Below, piece by piece: positions 63,101 to 64,000 of a stretch of DNA of 64,000 bases (positions are counted from its first letter, which is position 1; every line of letters starts with the position of its first letter). Source of the stretch: Vicugna vicugna (lineage: Eukaryota); the NCBI GenBank assembly GCA_013265495.1, contig MU058233.1, forward strand, positions 595,038 to 659,037, in the 5' to 3' direction. The notes beneath the pieces are model-generated. The model did no database searches and was not told where the DNA came from. It was given only the letters and a program-made list of their open reading frames with translations. A program made the position numbers and the translations under genes.

Positions 63101-63211
63101 CTCAACAATGGCAGCATCACCCACCTGGTGGTCCGGCCAGATGGCCGCGTGGCACTCCGGGCCCTCGGGGACACAGGGTTCATGCCCCCGGACAAGATCT
63201 CGCGCTCCTGA
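56695..63211 (+). CDS. PGAM5: Mitochondrial serine/threonine protein phosphatase PGAM5, long isoform, 6 exons, 289 aa
   Basis: Exons 56695-56885, 60371-60549, 61679-61804, 61882-61970, 62063-62196, 63061-63211 (870 nt, all GT-AG). N-terminal TM segment [34 protein letters not shown] motif, catalytic [21 protein letters not shown]-terminus [11 protein letters not shown]. Confidence 0.97.
57440..57640. mobile_element. MER3/MER33-like hAT-Charlie relic
   Basis: aatttcacctgtttctt...aatgtggctact...aaatttaaaattacatatgt...tttctattggacagtactg. Confidence 0.6.
57845..59592 (-). mobile_element. Internally deleted chimeric L1 element (5'UTR start + ORF2 3' part + 3'UTR + L1MB-like terminus)
   Basis: Minus strand starts GGAGTTTCCAGTCAAGATGG and is joined near 59387 to ORF2-like TATGACAAAGGAGGCAAGAATATACAA. 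ORF-track remnant [27 protein letters not shown]...[12 protein letters not shown]. Ends in AATAAA plus poly(A) near 57850. Confidence 0.75.
59600..59970 (-). mobile_element. Old L1MC-type 3' end
   Basis: ttttagaatagctttatatttacagaaaaattgcag...ggctcctcttggctttgacagtttctcaggctttccttg. Confidence 0.65.
62550..62666 (-). mobile_element. Degraded Vic-1-like SINE
   Basis: ggggattgaacc...gcatgctaagc...gctctaccactga...ctcccc. Confidence 0.7.
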
Positions 63212-64000
63212 GGGGCTCCCAGCCAGGCCCTGGCGTGGGTGCCACCGAGTACACAGGCTCCTCCCTCCATCTTCCCTCCACGGGCTTCGCTGTGGCCAGT
63301 CCCGTCACGCCAGGATGTGGCAGCGGAGCAGAAGTGTCCTGAACTTTTCAGTACTTGCGGCCCAGGACGGGCAAGGGAGACATTTGGGTCCGATCTGCTT
63401 GATTTCTTGCAGGGTCTCTGCCTCGCTCTTGTCCTGCAGGACGAGCCGCGGGGTCTTGGGGACTGGGTGAGGCCTCAGAAGCCATCCTGGTGGAGCTGCA
63501 GGGCCCCGTCAGCAAAGCCTGTCAGCAGAACTCGGGGAGGAGGGCGCCAGTGCTTCCTTCGTAACTTATTTCGCTTCACACATTTCTTTCCATTTCTTAA
63601 AACTCTGGTCACTTAACTATTTGTCAGTTAAGGATTTTCTGTATTTGGGTTCTTGCCTTGAAAACCAGTCTCTCACTTGAGTTACTCCCCAGATGCTGTT
63701 GGATCGGGGCTCAACTGTGTCATTAGGCCTTTGCGGACATGGGAGCCCCTGGCAGGTGAGGGCAGTGACGCACCTGAAGGTGTCGCAGGAGAGGGGCCAG
63801 GCAGCGGTGGCCCAGGAGGGGGTCTGGTTTCTATAAAATGTCTGACTCACAGTTCAGTCTTTGTTTGCCTCTGGTTGTTCATCTTTTGTGCTTATATTTA
63901 GATATGATGTATCCATCCCAAATTTCCATTAATATAGGGAAAACTACAGTTTCTGTGGAGTGGTTGTGAACATTTTCTGCAATCAGTGCAACTAATTAAT

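Noticed and set aside
63212..64000. PGAM5 poly(A) site or an alternative short-isoform exon
   Set aside because: No AATAAA or ATTAAA seen and no identifiable alternative exon; the 3'UTR probably continues beyond the window.

Overview
Mammalian genomic DNA carrying the conserved POLE-PXMP2-PGAM5 gene cluster. The organism is very probably a camelid, judged from about 17 copies of a tRNA-Ala-derived SINE resembling Vic-1. POLE (DNA polymerase epsilon catalytic subunit) lies on the minus strand, with exons 1-45 in the window (ATG at 42528, 6330 coding nt); its last exons fall off the left edge. It shares a CpG-island bidirectional promoter with PXMP2 (plus strand, 5 exons, 196 aa). PGAM5 follows (plus strand, 6 exons, 289 aa). 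Splice sites were read from the sequence and exon phases give open frames. The remainder is introns with SINE, L1, LTR and DNA-transposon relics. I see no novel multi-gene system. The best leads are: (i) an internally deleted chimeric L1-derived element whose unusual 3' end occurs twice in the window at about 93% identity, suggesting a non-autonomous lineage-specific retroelement family; (ii) the PGAM5 KEAP1-binding NxESGE motif reading SLEPGE; (iii) a TSD-flanked orphan poly(A) retro-insertion; (iv) a GC-AG intron in POLE. Repeat family names and comparisons with human proteins come from my memory of consensus sequences, not from database searches.
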